Shown here piece by piece: positions 8,744 through 18,426 of a stretch of DNA of 63,221 nucleotides (its first letter is position 1; each line of letters opens with the position of its first letter). Both the position numbers and the translations under genes were made by a program. The DNA comes from a virus. Lineage: Duplodnaviria > Caudoviricetes. Under the pieces are notes generated by a model that was not told the DNA's origin, did no database searches, and was given only the letters and a program-made list of their open reading frames with translations. The stretch lies in IMG/VR virus record IMGVR_UViG_3300022891_000003, positions 1 to 63,221 of that record. One strand, 5' to 3'.

Positions 8744-11342
8744 CTTCGTGAACCCGTACTCGGGAGAACCGGAGCAGACGTGCAGCGTCAGCTTCGGCGC
8801 ACAGACTCAGCTCGCGGACGCCGTCGGCAAGCCGCTGACCGAGGCGGAGTTCGGCAAGGGCAAACTGCTGGGTGAGTGGGGTGTCATCAAAGCCAAGCTT
8901 GCCAAGAAGGAGATACCCGACGGAACCAAAGTGCTCAGCTACGAGAACGAGGCGCTGGGCAGTCGAGGATTTCTGTTCATAAAGAACGGAGAGCTGTGGA
9001 AGACCACCTACCATCCGAAGCTAGGTAGGAATGTATCTCCTACAAAGGCAAAGCAGGGCGAGCTGTTCATTAACAGCGGAATCTACAAGGTCAGCATCCC
9101 GCAGGCGGTAGCTCCGGCCAACCAGCAGAAGCCGGAGGCCGTTGACGTAACCCCGGACTACATCACGAAGATTGCGCTGGCAGACGTCAAGAAGTTCAAG
9201 GACGGCCAGGTGTTCGCGGTCAAGGCCACCGGAGAGTTTGTTCGGTGGAACGCCAAGGATTCCGGGTTCTTCGAGCATGTGGTGCCGGACCCCAGCGGAT
9301 ACGGCAACGTCGTTCAGAAGGAGTTCGTGTTCTTCAACGACGAGGTGAAGAGCGGGCAGGGCTGGCTCGTGCCAGATGGCAGCAGCACCACTCCGAGCGC
9401 AACCGCCAAGAAGGTGGCTCCGCCGCCGACCAACCTTACGGCACCCATCGCCTCTCCCACCCCCGCCCCTCCCGTGCAGTCTGGAAGTACTAGCCCAGGC
9501 AGCATGAGTCACGAAGACGTGGCGGCCATGTTCGTCAAGATCAAGGACGACCTGGCTAAGGAGAAGGGGCTGAATATCAAGGGGGCCAATGCCGCGCTAG
9601 ACGAAGAGGTGTATAAGGCCATCGGGGGCGCTACCGGCTACACTCCGGTAGAGGTCAAGGCCAAGATCGATGCATACAAGGCGGCCGGTAACAAGCTCAG
9701 CGCGCTGAAGAAGAAGGTGCTGGCGGGCACGTACAAGGTTCCGGAAGGCAAGGCGGTACCGGCTAAGCAGTCGGCGCCGAACAGCCCGCTGGCCAAACCC
9801 ACGACCAAGGCCAAGGCGCCTGACCCCAAGCCGCATGGCGTGCCTACGGTGGCTACGCCGAAGCTGACCGAGGCTATCAAGGTCGAGGTCAAGCAGGCGG
9901 TGGAAGCCAAGCCTGCCAAGGTGTACAGCGATGAAGACGTGGCCAGTGCGTACATCATCGCCAAGGACGCCATCGTGGCGAACAACACCAAAGGCTGGAC
10001 GCTCTACACCAAGAATGACGAGTTCGATCTGGAGATAGCTGTCCAGGTGGGGCTCAAGACGGGGCTGAACCCGGCTCAGCAGAAGGCGGCTATTGCCAGC
10101 TACCTCGCCAGCGGCAAGAAGCTGAGCACGCTCAAGAAGCAACTCGCCAAGCAGGGTGCCTTCACTCCGCAGGCGGACAGCTTGAAGAAGAGCGGTACGG
10201 CTAAGACTGCGGCGGAGAAGAAGGCGGAGGTGGATGCCAAGGCGGACGCGGGTTACACCCCCACACCCACGATCACCACCCCGGCAAAACCGGCCACGAA
10301 AGCCAACCCTTCTGGTTCTCCGGCCGTAGATACGGCCAAGCCACCACCCAAGGCGGCGGAGAAAGACTATCTGGGTTCTGGCGACCCCTCTTGGATGATG
10401 GACCATAACAAGTCCAGCATCTTCACCAGCTTCAAGCTGGACCAGGGGAACAAGGCATGGCTCAGCGGCTCTGCCATCGATAACTATGAAGCCATTCTCA
10501 ATACGTACGAGAAGTTCAAGGACTTCGCGTGGGTAGACAAGAGCTTCAGCCTGCTACAGGTCCTTCGCGTTGTAGACGAGGAGGGCGCTAAGAAGGCGGG
10601 GGTGGCTAACGGTCATCTATTCGAGAAGAAGATTGTCGAATGGCTGACCACTCCGGCTGGCACTCAGGCCATCAAGGACCTGGAGCATAAGAAGGCCAAG
10701 GAAGCTGTCGCGAAGGCGGCCAAGGAGGCTAAGACCAAGGCGGAAGCTGAGGCCGCCAAGAAGCTCATGGCTAATCAGCCGCCCCTTCCGGCTGACAGCG
10801 CATCTTTCCAGGAGATGACTCCGACCAAGGCTCTGCGGTTTCAGGAAAGAATGCTTGCGGCTAAGCCGTTCGGCAGTGGGGAAAAGACCGGCCTCCGGCA
10901 CTACACCGGCGATGCGTACATCGAGATGAACAGCTACCTGCGCGGGCAGTCCACCAGCATCGGCACCACGAGCAAGCGGGCTATTGACCAAAGCTCGCGG
11001 GGTATGCGGCCTAGCCCGGAGCCGATGCTGTTGCGGCGCGGTACTGGATTCATTCAGTTCGGGTCGGACGTTAACGCCAATACCATCTGGGGCATTACCG
11101 GCAAGACCTTCGAGGACAAGGGCTTCCTCAGCACTAGCGCAGCCGGGAAAGCGGCTTTCGGTGGTCAGGTGGCCATGGAGATCGAGGCTCCCGCCGGAAC
11201 GCCTGGTATGTGGGTGGACAACTTCAGCAAGCATCCCGGTGAGAACGAGTGGCTTCTGGATAAGGGCACCAAGATGAAAGTTCTAAACGTGCGCAAGGAA
11301 GGTAACACGTTCGTCGTGCGACTTAGGGTGGTGAACGACTGA
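8733..11342 (+). CDS. Large protein with C-terminal VIP2/C3-like ADP-ribosyltransferase domain
   Basis: YT..Y..MN.YLR, RRG, GFLSTS and ENE (R-S-E) motifs; Ala/Lys/Pro-rich linkers and two internal repeats. Confidence 0.85.
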   Translation: MPVNFVNPYSGEPEQTCSVSFGAQTQLADAVGKPLTEAEFGKGKLLGEWGVIKAKLAKKEIPDGTKVLSYENEALGSRGFLFIKNGELWKTTYHPKLGRNVSPTKAKQGELFINSGIYKVSIPQAVAPANQQKPEAVDVTPDYITKIALADVKKFKDGQVFAVKATGEFVRWNAKDSGFFEHVVPDPSGYGNVVQKEFVFFNDEVKSGQGWLVPDGSSTTPSATAKKVAPPPTNLTAPIASPTPAPPVQSGSTSPGSMSHEDVAAMFVKIKDDLAKEKGLNIKGANAALDEEVYKAIGGATGYTPVEVKAKIDAYKAAGNKLSALKKKVLAGTYKVPEGKAVPAKQSAPNSPLAKPTTKAKAPDPKPHGVPTVATPKLTEAIKVEVKQAVEAKPAKVYSDEDVASAYIIAKDAIVANNTKGWTLYTKNDEFDLEIAVQVGLKTGLNPAQQKAAIASYLASGKKLSTLKKQLAKQGAFTPQADSLKKSGTAKTAAEKKAEVDAKADAGYTPTPTITTPAKPATKANPSGSPAVDTAKPPPKAAEKDYLGSGDPSWMMDHNKSSIFTSFKLDQGNKAWLSGSAIDNYEAILNTYEKFKDFAWVDKSFSLLQVLRVVDEEGAKKAGVANGHLFEKKIVEWLTTPAGTQAIKDLEHKKAKEAVAKAAKEAKTKAEAEAAKKLMANQPPLPADSASFQEMTPTKALRFQERMLAAKPFGSGEKTGLRHYTGDAYIEMNSYLRGQSTSIGTTSKRAIDQSSRGMRPSPEPMLLRRGTGFIQFGSDVNANTIWGITGKTFEDKGFLSTSAAGKAAFGGQVAMEIEAPAGTPGMWVDNFSKHPGENEWLLDKGTKMKVLNVRKEGNTFVVRLRVVND

Positions 11343-11500
11343 TGGCAGACAAGAAGGAGCTCACGCCGCTCAGTGATCCGGAAAACGTGATGATGGTAGA
11401 TGTCACGCCGGAGGAAGAGCAGGGCATGAGCGTAGAGGACGCGTACCGGCATCTCGCCGGAATGCCACCCGCACCAGTAGATGTGGAGGCGGAGGAGTAA
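11342..11500 (+). CDS. Small acidic protein, candidate ART inhibitor
   Basis: 52 aa MADKKELTPLSDPENVMMVDV...EAEE, TGATG-coupled to the ART gene. Confidence 0.55.
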   Translation: MADKKELTPLSDPENVMMVDVTPEEEQGMSVEDAYRHLAGMPPAPVDVEAEE

Positions 11501-11844
11501 TGCCTATCACCAAGAAAGACATCATCATTCCCCAGTCTGGAACTTTTCGACTGGTAATTACGGTTGTTGGTGGGCCGCCCAGCATGAGCGGTTACACCGG
11601 CGAGATGCAAATCCGCAAGACCAAGGTAAGCGAGGAAACTCTGGCCGAGGTGGACCCCACTTGCTTTTTGGTGGACGACCTGAATAGGCAGATCGTACTC
11701 GAGATACCAGACGAGGATACGGCAGCCTACGATTGGTCCGGCAACGCGGTGTATGACCTGTACATCGAGGGTCCTTCCGCTGATCGCTGGCGGGTGATTC
11801 AGGGCCTAGCGTTCCTGGACAAGACAGTAACGAGGGAGGACTGA
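11500..11844 (+). CDS. Virion structural/adaptor protein
   Basis: Beta-rich, AVYDL motif seen in BppU-like/fibre adaptor proteins. Confidence 0.55.
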   Translation: MPITKKDIIIPQSGTFRLVITVVGGPPSMSGYTGEMQIRKTKVSEETLAEVDPTCFLVDDLNRQIVLEIPDEDTAAYDWSGNAVYDLYIEGPSADRWRVIQGLAFLDKTVTRED

Positions 11845-11845
11845 G

Positions 11846-12364
11846 ATGGTCGCCGCTAGCGACATCAAGATCAAGTACAGCGTGGTTACCGGCTCGGCGG
11901 GTAATAGCACGACCGGTACTGCGGCAGGTAGCCTCGGTAAGTACGTCAGCACCACGGAAGCCGCCGGGAGCACTAACGTCTTCTTCGACGACGTAAGCAG
12001 CTCGGAGGCCAGCGCCGGGGACACGGAGTACCGGTGCGTGTTCGTACACAACGCTCACGCGACGGACAGCGCTCTCAACGTGCAGGTGCAGGTCGTGAGT
12101 GAGGTGGGCGGCGGCGGTGTGACGGCTGCGGCGCTGGACAACATAGCGGCCAGCGCGGTAGGCAGCAGCAGTGCTCAGGCCGCCCAGGTGGCCGATGAGA
12201 ACACCGCCCCGAGCGGGGTGGGCTCCTTCGGTACTACGGCCCTCGGCATCGGGACGCTGGCGGCGGGTCAGGTGAAGGCGGTGTGGCTGCGGCGCACCGT
12301 GAGCGCCAGTACTGCGGGGATGACGGGGGATGGCTTCACTCTCCGCGTTACCGGCGACGGCTGA
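11846..12364 (+). CDS. Virion structural protein
   Basis: SLGKYVS...EYRCVFV...VWLRRTV; Ala/Ser/Gly-rich. Confidence 0.6.
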   Translation: MVAASDIKIKYSVVTGSAGNSTTGTAAGSLGKYVSTTEAAGSTNVFFDDVSSSEASAGDTEYRCVFVHNAHATDSALNVQVQVVSEVGGGGVTAAALDNIAASAVGSSSAQAAQVADENTAPSGVGSFGTTALGIGTLAAGQVKAVWLRRTVSASTAGMTGDGFTLRVTGDG

Positions 12365-12388
12365 TAACGAAGGATTGGAGGCAGGGCA

Positions 12389-13480
12389 ATGAGCGACACC
12401 ATCTTCGGTGCTGAAGTACCGGCGCTGAACAACCTTACCGACGGGGCCTCTTACTGCCTTGCCACCAACTTCATTCCGGCGGTAGCTGGTAACGCCACTC
12501 ACGCCAAGTACCCGTTTCCAGACTCTGCAGGTACGGGCTACACCGCCTCTATCTATCGAGTATCGGACGGTGTCCGGCAGGGCTCGGTAGCCACATTCAG
12601 CGATACTAATCCGGGCTGGCGCACGCAGGCTTTTCCGGCCCCGATACCGCTATCCGCCGGGGTGGAGTACCAGATCTCGATATTCATCCCGGATAGGTAT
12701 CAGGCGACTACGGGTTATAGCTGGCCGAAGGTCAGCGGAAACCTAACGGCCAGTGCGGACAATGGCTGGCTGGCCATCACTCCGTCTTCGAATACCTTCG
12801 CAACTATCGAGAGCGGTAATGCGGCCAGTTACTTCGCCGACATCGTGTTCGAGCCCAGCTCGGGTACGCCGTTCACCAAAGACGCCACGGAGCGCTACCG
12901 GGTACTTAACTCGTTCACGAAGAACCAGACGGAGACGTTTCGGGTACTGAACGGCTGGACCAAGAACACCGCCGACAGCTACCGCGTGCTCAATGCGTTC
13001 ACCAAGAACCAAGGAGACACGTACCGCGTCCTGAACGGGTTCACCAAGGACGCGCAAGACCGGTATCGAGCGCTCAACAGCTGGACCAAGGACCAAGCCG
13101 ATACTTACCGGGTGTTCAGCACGTTCTCGAAGGACGTCACGGACACCTGGACGGTGTTGAGCACCACCGGTTTCGTGAAGGACGTGGCTGACCACTGGCG
13201 GGTGTTCAACCCGTTCGCCATGGAGGCCGTAGAGAGCTACCGAGTACTCAATCCGTGGTCGGTACAGGAAGATGATGTCTGGCGGGTGCTTAACACCTGG
13301 CTGGTCGTCAAGGCCGACAGCTGGCGGGTCTACGCCACGTTCACCCGCGACGTGACGGACCGTTATCGGGTATACAGCGACACCATCCCACCCCCGCTCC
13401 CCGCAGGAGCAATCGCGTTTCTGGAGGACAGTGCGCGTTCCGTTCTGACTGCAGAAACGGTGCTGGCTCGCTTGGAATAA
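12389..13480 (+). CDS. Fibre-like protein: N-terminal DUF4082-like domain plus ~12 x 14-aa repeats
   Basis: GW...F.AP and YFADIVF in the N-domain; repeats like FTKNQTETFRVLNG. Confidence 0.65.
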   Translation: MSDTIFGAEVPALNNLTDGASYCLATNFIPAVAGNATHAKYPFPDSAGTGYTASIYRVSDGVRQGSVATFSDTNPGWRTQAFPAPIPLSAGVEYQISIFIPDRYQATTGYSWPKVSGNLTASADNGWLAITPSSNTFATIESGNAASYFADIVFEPSSGTPFTKDATERYRVLNSFTKNQTETFRVLNGWTKNTADSYRVLNAFTKNQGDTYRVLNGFTKDAQDRYRALNSWTKDQADTYRVFSTFSKDVTDTWTVLSTTGFVKDVADHWRVFNPFAMEAVESYRVLNPWSVQEDDVWRVLNTWLVVKADSWRVYATFTRDVTDRYRVYSDTIPPPLPAGAIAFLEDSARSVLTAETVLARLE

Positions 13481-13602
13481 GGGTCGGGAAGAACGTACCC
13501 TGGATAGATGGCCGCTCGGGTATGCTGGGCGCAGCGATGGCACAGCGAGGCCAACTGTTAGGGCACGGCGAGGCCCGAAAACCCAGTAGAAAGCAGACCG
13601 CA

Positions 13603-14340
13603 ATGAAGACGATCCAGTATGACCAGCTGAAAGAGGACGGAATGCCGCATCAGGACTTCGGGATCCTGCTCTCGCCACTATTCACGTGGCGTGGCAGGGA
13701 CGTCTACCCGGTGTTCGGTGCCGAAGGGGACGACGACGGTGGCGAGGAAGAGGGTCCGGACAGCGAGCCGGACGACGACGCCGACGACGACACCGGGAAA
13801 GGCTCCGACTCCGACAGTTCGGACACGGTAAGCCTGGAGAAGTTCGAGGAACTGCGCAGGCAGCTCAGCGCGAACGACAAGGCGCGGGCCGTTCTGGAGA
13901 AGCAGCTCAAGGACATCAACGACGCCAAGAAGGACGAGCTGACCAAGGCCACCGAGAGGGCCGAGGAGCTCGAGAAGACGGTCGGGGAGCAGGCCAAGGA
14001 GCTTGCCAACCTCCGTCTCCAGAACGCCTTCTTGAGCGCCGACACCGGCATCACGTGGCACGACCCGGCGGATGCACTCGACATCGCCGAGCGTCGGGGG
14101 TATCTGGCCGAGGTGGTCAGCGAGGACGGCAAGGTCGACGCGGCCAAGCTCGCGGTCAAGCTCAAGGAGCTGGCCAAGAACAAGCCCAACCTGGTCAAGG
14201 ACTCGGACGGCTCCGGCGGGGACAAGGGTAAGGACAAGGACCAACAGCTTCCTTCCGGCAGACCTGTTGGCAGCAAGGGCGGCAAGGGCGGCGACAAGGA
14301 CACCAAGGTCCCGGACCGCTACGCGAAACACTTCAGATAG
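13603..14340 (+). CDS. Capsid scaffolding protein
   Basis: Acidic tract then coiled coil, upstream of capsid genes; start uncertain (13603 or 13642). Confidence 0.75.
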   Translation: MKTIQYDQLKEDGMPHQDFGILLSPLFTWRGRDVYPVFGAEGDDDGGEEEGPDSEPDDDADDDTGKGSDSDSSDTVSLEKFEELRRQLSANDKARAVLEKQLKDINDAKKDELTKATERAEELEKTVGEQAKELANLRLQNAFLSADTGITWHDPADALDIAERRGYLAEVVSEDGKVDAAKLAVKLKELAKNKPNLVKDSDGSGGDKGKDKDQQLPSGRPVGSKGGKGGDKDTKVPDRYAKHFR

Positions 14341-14357
14341 TAGGGAGGGCAGTAGCC

Positions 14358-14747
14358 ATCGCACGTTACGACAAGTACGAACCGCTCAGTGGCGGCTTCC
14401 GTGCCCCGCTGAACATCGACTGGCCGAGCGCGGACCTGAACAAGGTCGTCCCGGTCAGCCTGAACACCAGCGGGAAGATCATCAAGGGCACCAGCGGCCA
14501 GTCCGGCTTCGTGGGCATCGTGTGTCTCACGAAGGTGGTTCGCGCCACCGACATCGTCGACGTGATGCAGGACGGCGAGGTCGTCGAGCTCACTGGCCTC
14601 ATCGCTGGGCAGCGGTACTTCGCGTCGGCCGATGGCACGACCCTGGTCCCGGCGTCCGGCACCATCACTGGCCTCCAGATGATCGGGTGGACCGTCGAGG
14701 CCACCCGCATGATCGTCCGGTGCCAGACCGGCAAGAACATCACCTGA
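14358..14747 (+). CDS. Head decoration/cement protein (apparent ATC start)
   Basis: GGGAGGG RBS 8 nt before ATC; reads (M)ARYDKYEPLSGGFRAPL...; lies between scaffold and capsid. Confidence 0.7.
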   Translation: MARYDKYEPLSGGFRAPLNIDWPSADLNKVVPVSLNTSGKIIKGTSGQSGFVGIVCLTKVVRATDIVDVMQDGEVVELTGLIAGQRYFASADGTTLVPASGTITGLQMIGWTVEATRMIVRCQTGKNIT

Positions 14748-14760
14748 GAGGGGTGACCGA

Positions 14761-16029
14761 ATGACCACGCTTCAGATCCCCGGCACTGGCCGTCTGGTGC
14801 TCCCCGGCAGCATGGTGGACCCGGCTCGCCGGATCCGTGGCGCCATCAACCTGCTCGCCGACCCCGGCTTCCGGCGCGAGCTGGGCCTCGAGATCGCCCC
14901 GTTCGGTGGTAGCCAGCCGACCGGTTTCCACACCGAAGGCGACGTCATCCGCACCACTGTGGATGGCATCGACACTAACACCCTGTGGGCCGAGTTCACT
15001 CGGGTGCTGGATGCCCTGCGGGAGCAGCGCCAGCCGCTCATCGATCTGCTCACCTACACGGTGGTCCGGCCGTACGAGCGGATCCCGCAGGCGGGCTCCA
15101 ACATGAACTTCGAGAAGGCTTCGGAGTTCGGTGTCCCGGTCGCCGTTCGTACCGGCGTCACGTACTACTCGCTGGGCTTCGCCTTCGACTGGTACGACAC
15201 CGGCGCGCGGTACACCTGGAAGTACCTCGCCGAGGCCGACGCGGACCAGATCCGTTCGGTGTTCGACACGGTGCTCGAGGGCGACCAGCGGCTGCTCTTC
15301 TCGGAGGTGATGCGCACGCTGTACCGGAACACCAACCGCATCACCACCATCGAAGACACCGACTTCAACGTCTACACCTTCTACAACGCGGACGGCACAG
15401 TCCCTCCGACCTACCGCACGAACACCTTCTCGGGTTCGCACACGCACTTCGTGACCAGTGGCGCGGCCACGATCACGAGCGGCGACCTGGACGAGGCTCA
15501 GGACGATCTGGCCAGCCACGGCTTCAGCGTGGAACAGGGCTACGTCGTCATGCACCTGGTCAACAAGCAGGAGTCGGCCACCATCCGGGGCTTCAAGAGC
15601 TCGGTCAACGGCGGTACCGCGCGCTGGGACTTCATCCCGGCACAGGGCACGCCGAACTTCCTCCTGCCGGTGCAGCTCCAGACCAACCAGAACGGCGTCC
15701 CGCAGCCGCCGAGCACGTACCGAGGCTTCAAGGTTCTGGGTCAGTACGGCGACGGCCTGATCCTGGAGAACGACTACTTCCCGGCGGGCTACGTCGTGAC
15801 CACGGTCACCGGCGGCCCGGAGAACATCACCAACCCGATCGGCATCCGGGAGCACCGGCGGCGGGAGCTGCGCGGCCTGCGCATCGTCAAGGGTCGCAGC
15901 GACGACTACCCGCTCCAGGACTCGTACTGGCAGCACGGGTTCGGTACCGGCGTCCGCCAGCGCGGCGCCACGTACGTCATGCAGATCACGACCAGCGGCT
16001 CATACGCCGTCCCGTCGATCTACGCCTAG
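14761..16029 (+). CDS. Major capsid protein
   Basis: 422 aa, strongly biased codon usage, GAGGGG RBS, synteny, downstream hairpin. Confidence 0.85.
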   Translation: MTTLQIPGTGRLVLPGSMVDPARRIRGAINLLADPGFRRELGLEIAPFGGSQPTGFHTEGDVIRTTVDGIDTNTLWAEFTRVLDALREQRQPLIDLLTYTVVRPYERIPQAGSNMNFEKASEFGVPVAVRTGVTYYSLGFAFDWYDTGARYTWKYLAEADADQIRSVFDTVLEGDQRLLFSEVMRTLYRNTNRITTIEDTDFNVYTFYNADGTVPPTYRTNTFSGSHTHFVTSGAATITSGDLDEAQDDLASHGFSVEQGYVVMHLVNKQESATIRGFKSSVNGGTARWDFIPAQGTPNFLLPVQLQTNQNGVPQPPSTYRGFKVLGQYGDGLILENDYFPAGYVVTTVTGGPENITNPIGIREHRRRELRGLRIVKGRSDDYPLQDSYWQHGFGTGVRQRGATYVMQITTSGSYAVPSIYA

Positions 16030-16110
16030 TCCGGAGCGCGGGGAGGCCGGTTCCATTGCGGTCGCTGGTCCTCCCCGCCCTCCCCATCCGCAGTAAGGAG
16101 GGTAGTAGAA

Positions 16111-16623
16111 GTGGCACGAGAAATCGACTGGTCCAAGCCCATCAGCGACGAGGACCGGGAGTGGCTCGAGCAGCGCCCGGACATGCCCGCAGGCAACGGC
16201 ATGACCAACATTCAGCGCCTCGAAGCCAACGACGTCGAGAACGATCGGACCGAGAACACCAAGAGCCGGGCCGAGCGTATCGAAGAGCTCCGCACCGCTA
16301 TCGCCAACGCTCAGAACGAACTCGAGCGGCTCGAGGTGGAGGAGGGAATCGCGGCTAACCCGAACGTGGCCAAGCAGGGTGACCCCTCCGTCGGCCTGGT
16401 GGTGGACAACACTTCCGTCGACGGGGACAACCCGGAAGGCGCGCCGGAGGGCAAGGAAAACTACTCCGACGAGAAGTACTGGACGGTCGCCAAGCTCCGC
16501 GAGGAGCTCGAGAACCGTAACCGGGAACGTACGGCGCAAGACCTGGATGCCCTCCCGACGTCCGGCAAGCGTGCCGACCTCGTCGAGCGGCTCCTGAAGG
16601 ATGACGAGGAGCTGGAGGACTGA
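16111..16623 (+). CDS. Head-associated protein with C-terminal SAP-like motif
   Basis: WTVAKLREEL...LPTSGKRADLVERL. Confidence 0.6.
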   Translation: MAREIDWSKPISDEDREWLEQRPDMPAGNGMTNIQRLEANDVENDRTENTKSRAERIEELRTAIANAQNELERLEVEEGIAANPNVAKQGDPSVGLVVDNTSVDGDNPEGAPEGKENYSDEKYWTVAKLREELENRNRERTAQDLDALPTSGKRADLVERLLKDDEELED

Positions 16624-16946
16624 TGGCCACCGAGGACCAGGTCCTGGAGCTGCGGGACCTCATCAACGAGACGGACGACACGGACGGATGGACCGACGAG
16701 AAGCTGTCGGCCATCATCGACGCCACGGACTCGATGAACTCCGCCGCCTCCCGGGCCTGGTACCTCAAGGCCGGTCAGTACGCCAGCCTGGTCGACGTCA
16801 CCGAAAGCGGCAGCAGTCGTAAGCTCGGCGACCTCCGCAAGAACGCCGTGGAAATGGGTGCGCTGTACGCAGCGGCCGACGGCACGCCGGAACCGACCAC
16901 CACCGATGCCCCGGTTGTCCGGCGTATTCGGAGGACGGTCGGATAA
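16623..16946 (+). CDS. Head-to-tail adaptor
   Basis: Size, synteny, DVTESGSSRK motif. Confidence 0.65.
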   Translation: MATEDQVLELRDLINETDDTDGWTDEKLSAIIDATDSMNSAASRAWYLKAGQYASLVDVTESGSSRKLGDLRKNAVEMGALYAAADGTPEPTTTDAPVVRRIRRTVG

Positions 16947-17326
16947 TGGGGATCCGGCAGGCGGAGCTCGCCATGCAGCGAAGGCTCACCAAGGCGTTCA
17001 TCGCGGCGGACTGGCGGTCCGTCGTGCTCATGCGCGCTGAGATAACAGAGGACGGCGCGGGCGGGTTCGTTACTGGCGAGCCCGCTCCGCTGCCCTCTCA
17101 AGTAATGCGACTGATAGCGCAAGGTAGTACCGGAGCTGACAGTAAGCAGCGCATGACGGCCAACGGGCAACAGGTGACTCCCGAGTACATCCTGCTCGGT
17201 CTTCACGACGCGGATATCCAGCGTTGGGATTCCTTCGAGCTGGACGGGCGCCGGTACGAAGTGGTTTTCGTGAACGAGAACCGGCAGTACGAAGCAAAAG
17301 GGGAGGTGGCCTACCTTGGCGAGTAG
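16946..17326 (+). CDS. Head-to-tail stopper
   Basis: DIQRWDSFELDGRRYEV motif; synteny. Confidence 0.65.
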   Translation: MGIRQAELAMQRRLTKAFIAADWRSVVLMRAEITEDGAGGFVTGEPAPLPSQVMRLIAQGSTGADSKQRMTANGQQVTPEYILLGLHDADIQRWDSFELDGRRYEVVFVNENRQYEAKGEVAYLGE

Positions 17327-17678
17327 CTTCCGCTGGGACACCTCCAAGTTCGAGAACCCCAAGCACATGGAAAAGCAGCTGCTGCGGGCGGTGTTCGCAA
17401 CCGTCAAGTACTGGGACGGGCCGATCGAAGCATGGATGAAGCACAACGCACCATGGAACGACCGCACGACCAACGCGCGTAACGGCCTGTTCGCCAAGGC
17501 GCAGCGGGAGGCTGACAAGCTGTTCTCCATCGTGCTCGGGCATATCGTGGACTACGGCGTCTACCTCGAAGACGGTACCGAGAACATGCGAGCTCGGCCC
17601 ATCATTAGACCAGCCATGGACCTGTTCGGCCCCAAGGTGGTCAACACCTTGGTCCGCATCCTAGACAGGCTCGGCTGA
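17316..17678 (+). CDS. Neck protein (HK97 gp10-like)
   Basis: APWNDRTTNARNGL, YGVYLE, MRARPII. Confidence 0.7.
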   Translation: MASSFRWDTSKFENPKHMEKQLLRAVFATVKYWDGPIEAWMKHNAPWNDRTTNARNGLFAKAQREADKLFSIVLGHIVDYGVYLEDGTENMRARPIIRPAMDLFGPKVVNTLVRILDRLG

Positions 17679-18088
17679 TGCGCGCGACGGTCCGCAACCT
17701 CATCCTCTCCACCCCCACCCTCCTCGCAGTCGTGCCTGCCGATCGCTGGTATGCCCCGGGTGGGGTCGTGGACTCCCCGCCGAAGCCTTTCGTGGTGCTC
17801 CGCTGGCTGGCGCCGGTTACCGGTAACGCCAAGAGCACGTTCGCTAAGCAGCTTCGTGTTGACGTGCACGACAAGCGTGGCTCGTACCAGAAAATCGAGC
17901 AGGTGCTCGGCAGTCCGGACAAGGGCACTGGCATCTACGGTCTGTTCTCCGCCGTGCATGATCTGGTCGGAGTGGACGGGCGCATCACCCAGATGGATTA
18001 CCTGGGCCACTCTGGCGACCAGGAAGACGACACGTACATGACCAACTTCAAGTTCAGTAGTTGGCAAGTGATTGGAGTAGACCTGTGA
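17678..18088 (+). CDS. Tail terminator
   Basis: PFVVLRW, VDVHD; synteny. Confidence 0.6.
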   Translation: MRATVRNLILSTPTLLAVVPADRWYAPGGVVDSPPKPFVVLRWLAPVTGNAKSTFAKQLRVDVHDKRGSYQKIEQVLGSPDKGTGIYGLFSAVHDLVGVDGRITQMDYLGHSGDQEDDTYMTNFKFSSWQVIGVDL

Positions 18089-18426
18089 CGGACAACTTCG
18101 TGGCTCAGGAGCAGGAGATCGACGCGGACGAGTCGGTCGCTCCGGATGAACTGGCCCCCGAGGAGCCGGAGGAGCCCGCCAAGATCGAGTACATCGAGTT
18201 CGTCGGTCAGGAACCGTACGGCACGGAGTTCTACCGGGGCGAGCACGGCACGCACACCGTGTTCGCGAAGGACTTCAAGGAGTACCACGACCTCGAGCTC
18301 GGCAAGAAGGAGGTCGTGTGGCGCAAGGGGAAGAACGGCCGGATGCTGGTGCCGGTGACGGACATCACGCCGGAGGCCGCCGAGTACCTGGAGAGCGACC
18401 CAATGTTCAAGCGGGTCACGCTGTAG
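18085..18426 (+). CDS. Hypothetical virion-module protein
   Basis: GTGA coupling; good codon usage. Confidence 0.6.
   Translation: MTDNFVAQEQEIDADESVAPDELAPEEPEEPAKIEYIEFVGQEPYGTEFYRGEHGTHTVFAKDFKEYHDLELGKKEVVWRKGKNGRMLVPVTDITPEAAEYLESDPMFKRVTL

Noticed and set aside
12872-13381. 42-nt periodic region as a DGR or CRISPR-like array
   Set aside because: Repeats are conserved at protein level with synonymous divergence; no reverse transcriptase or spacer structure
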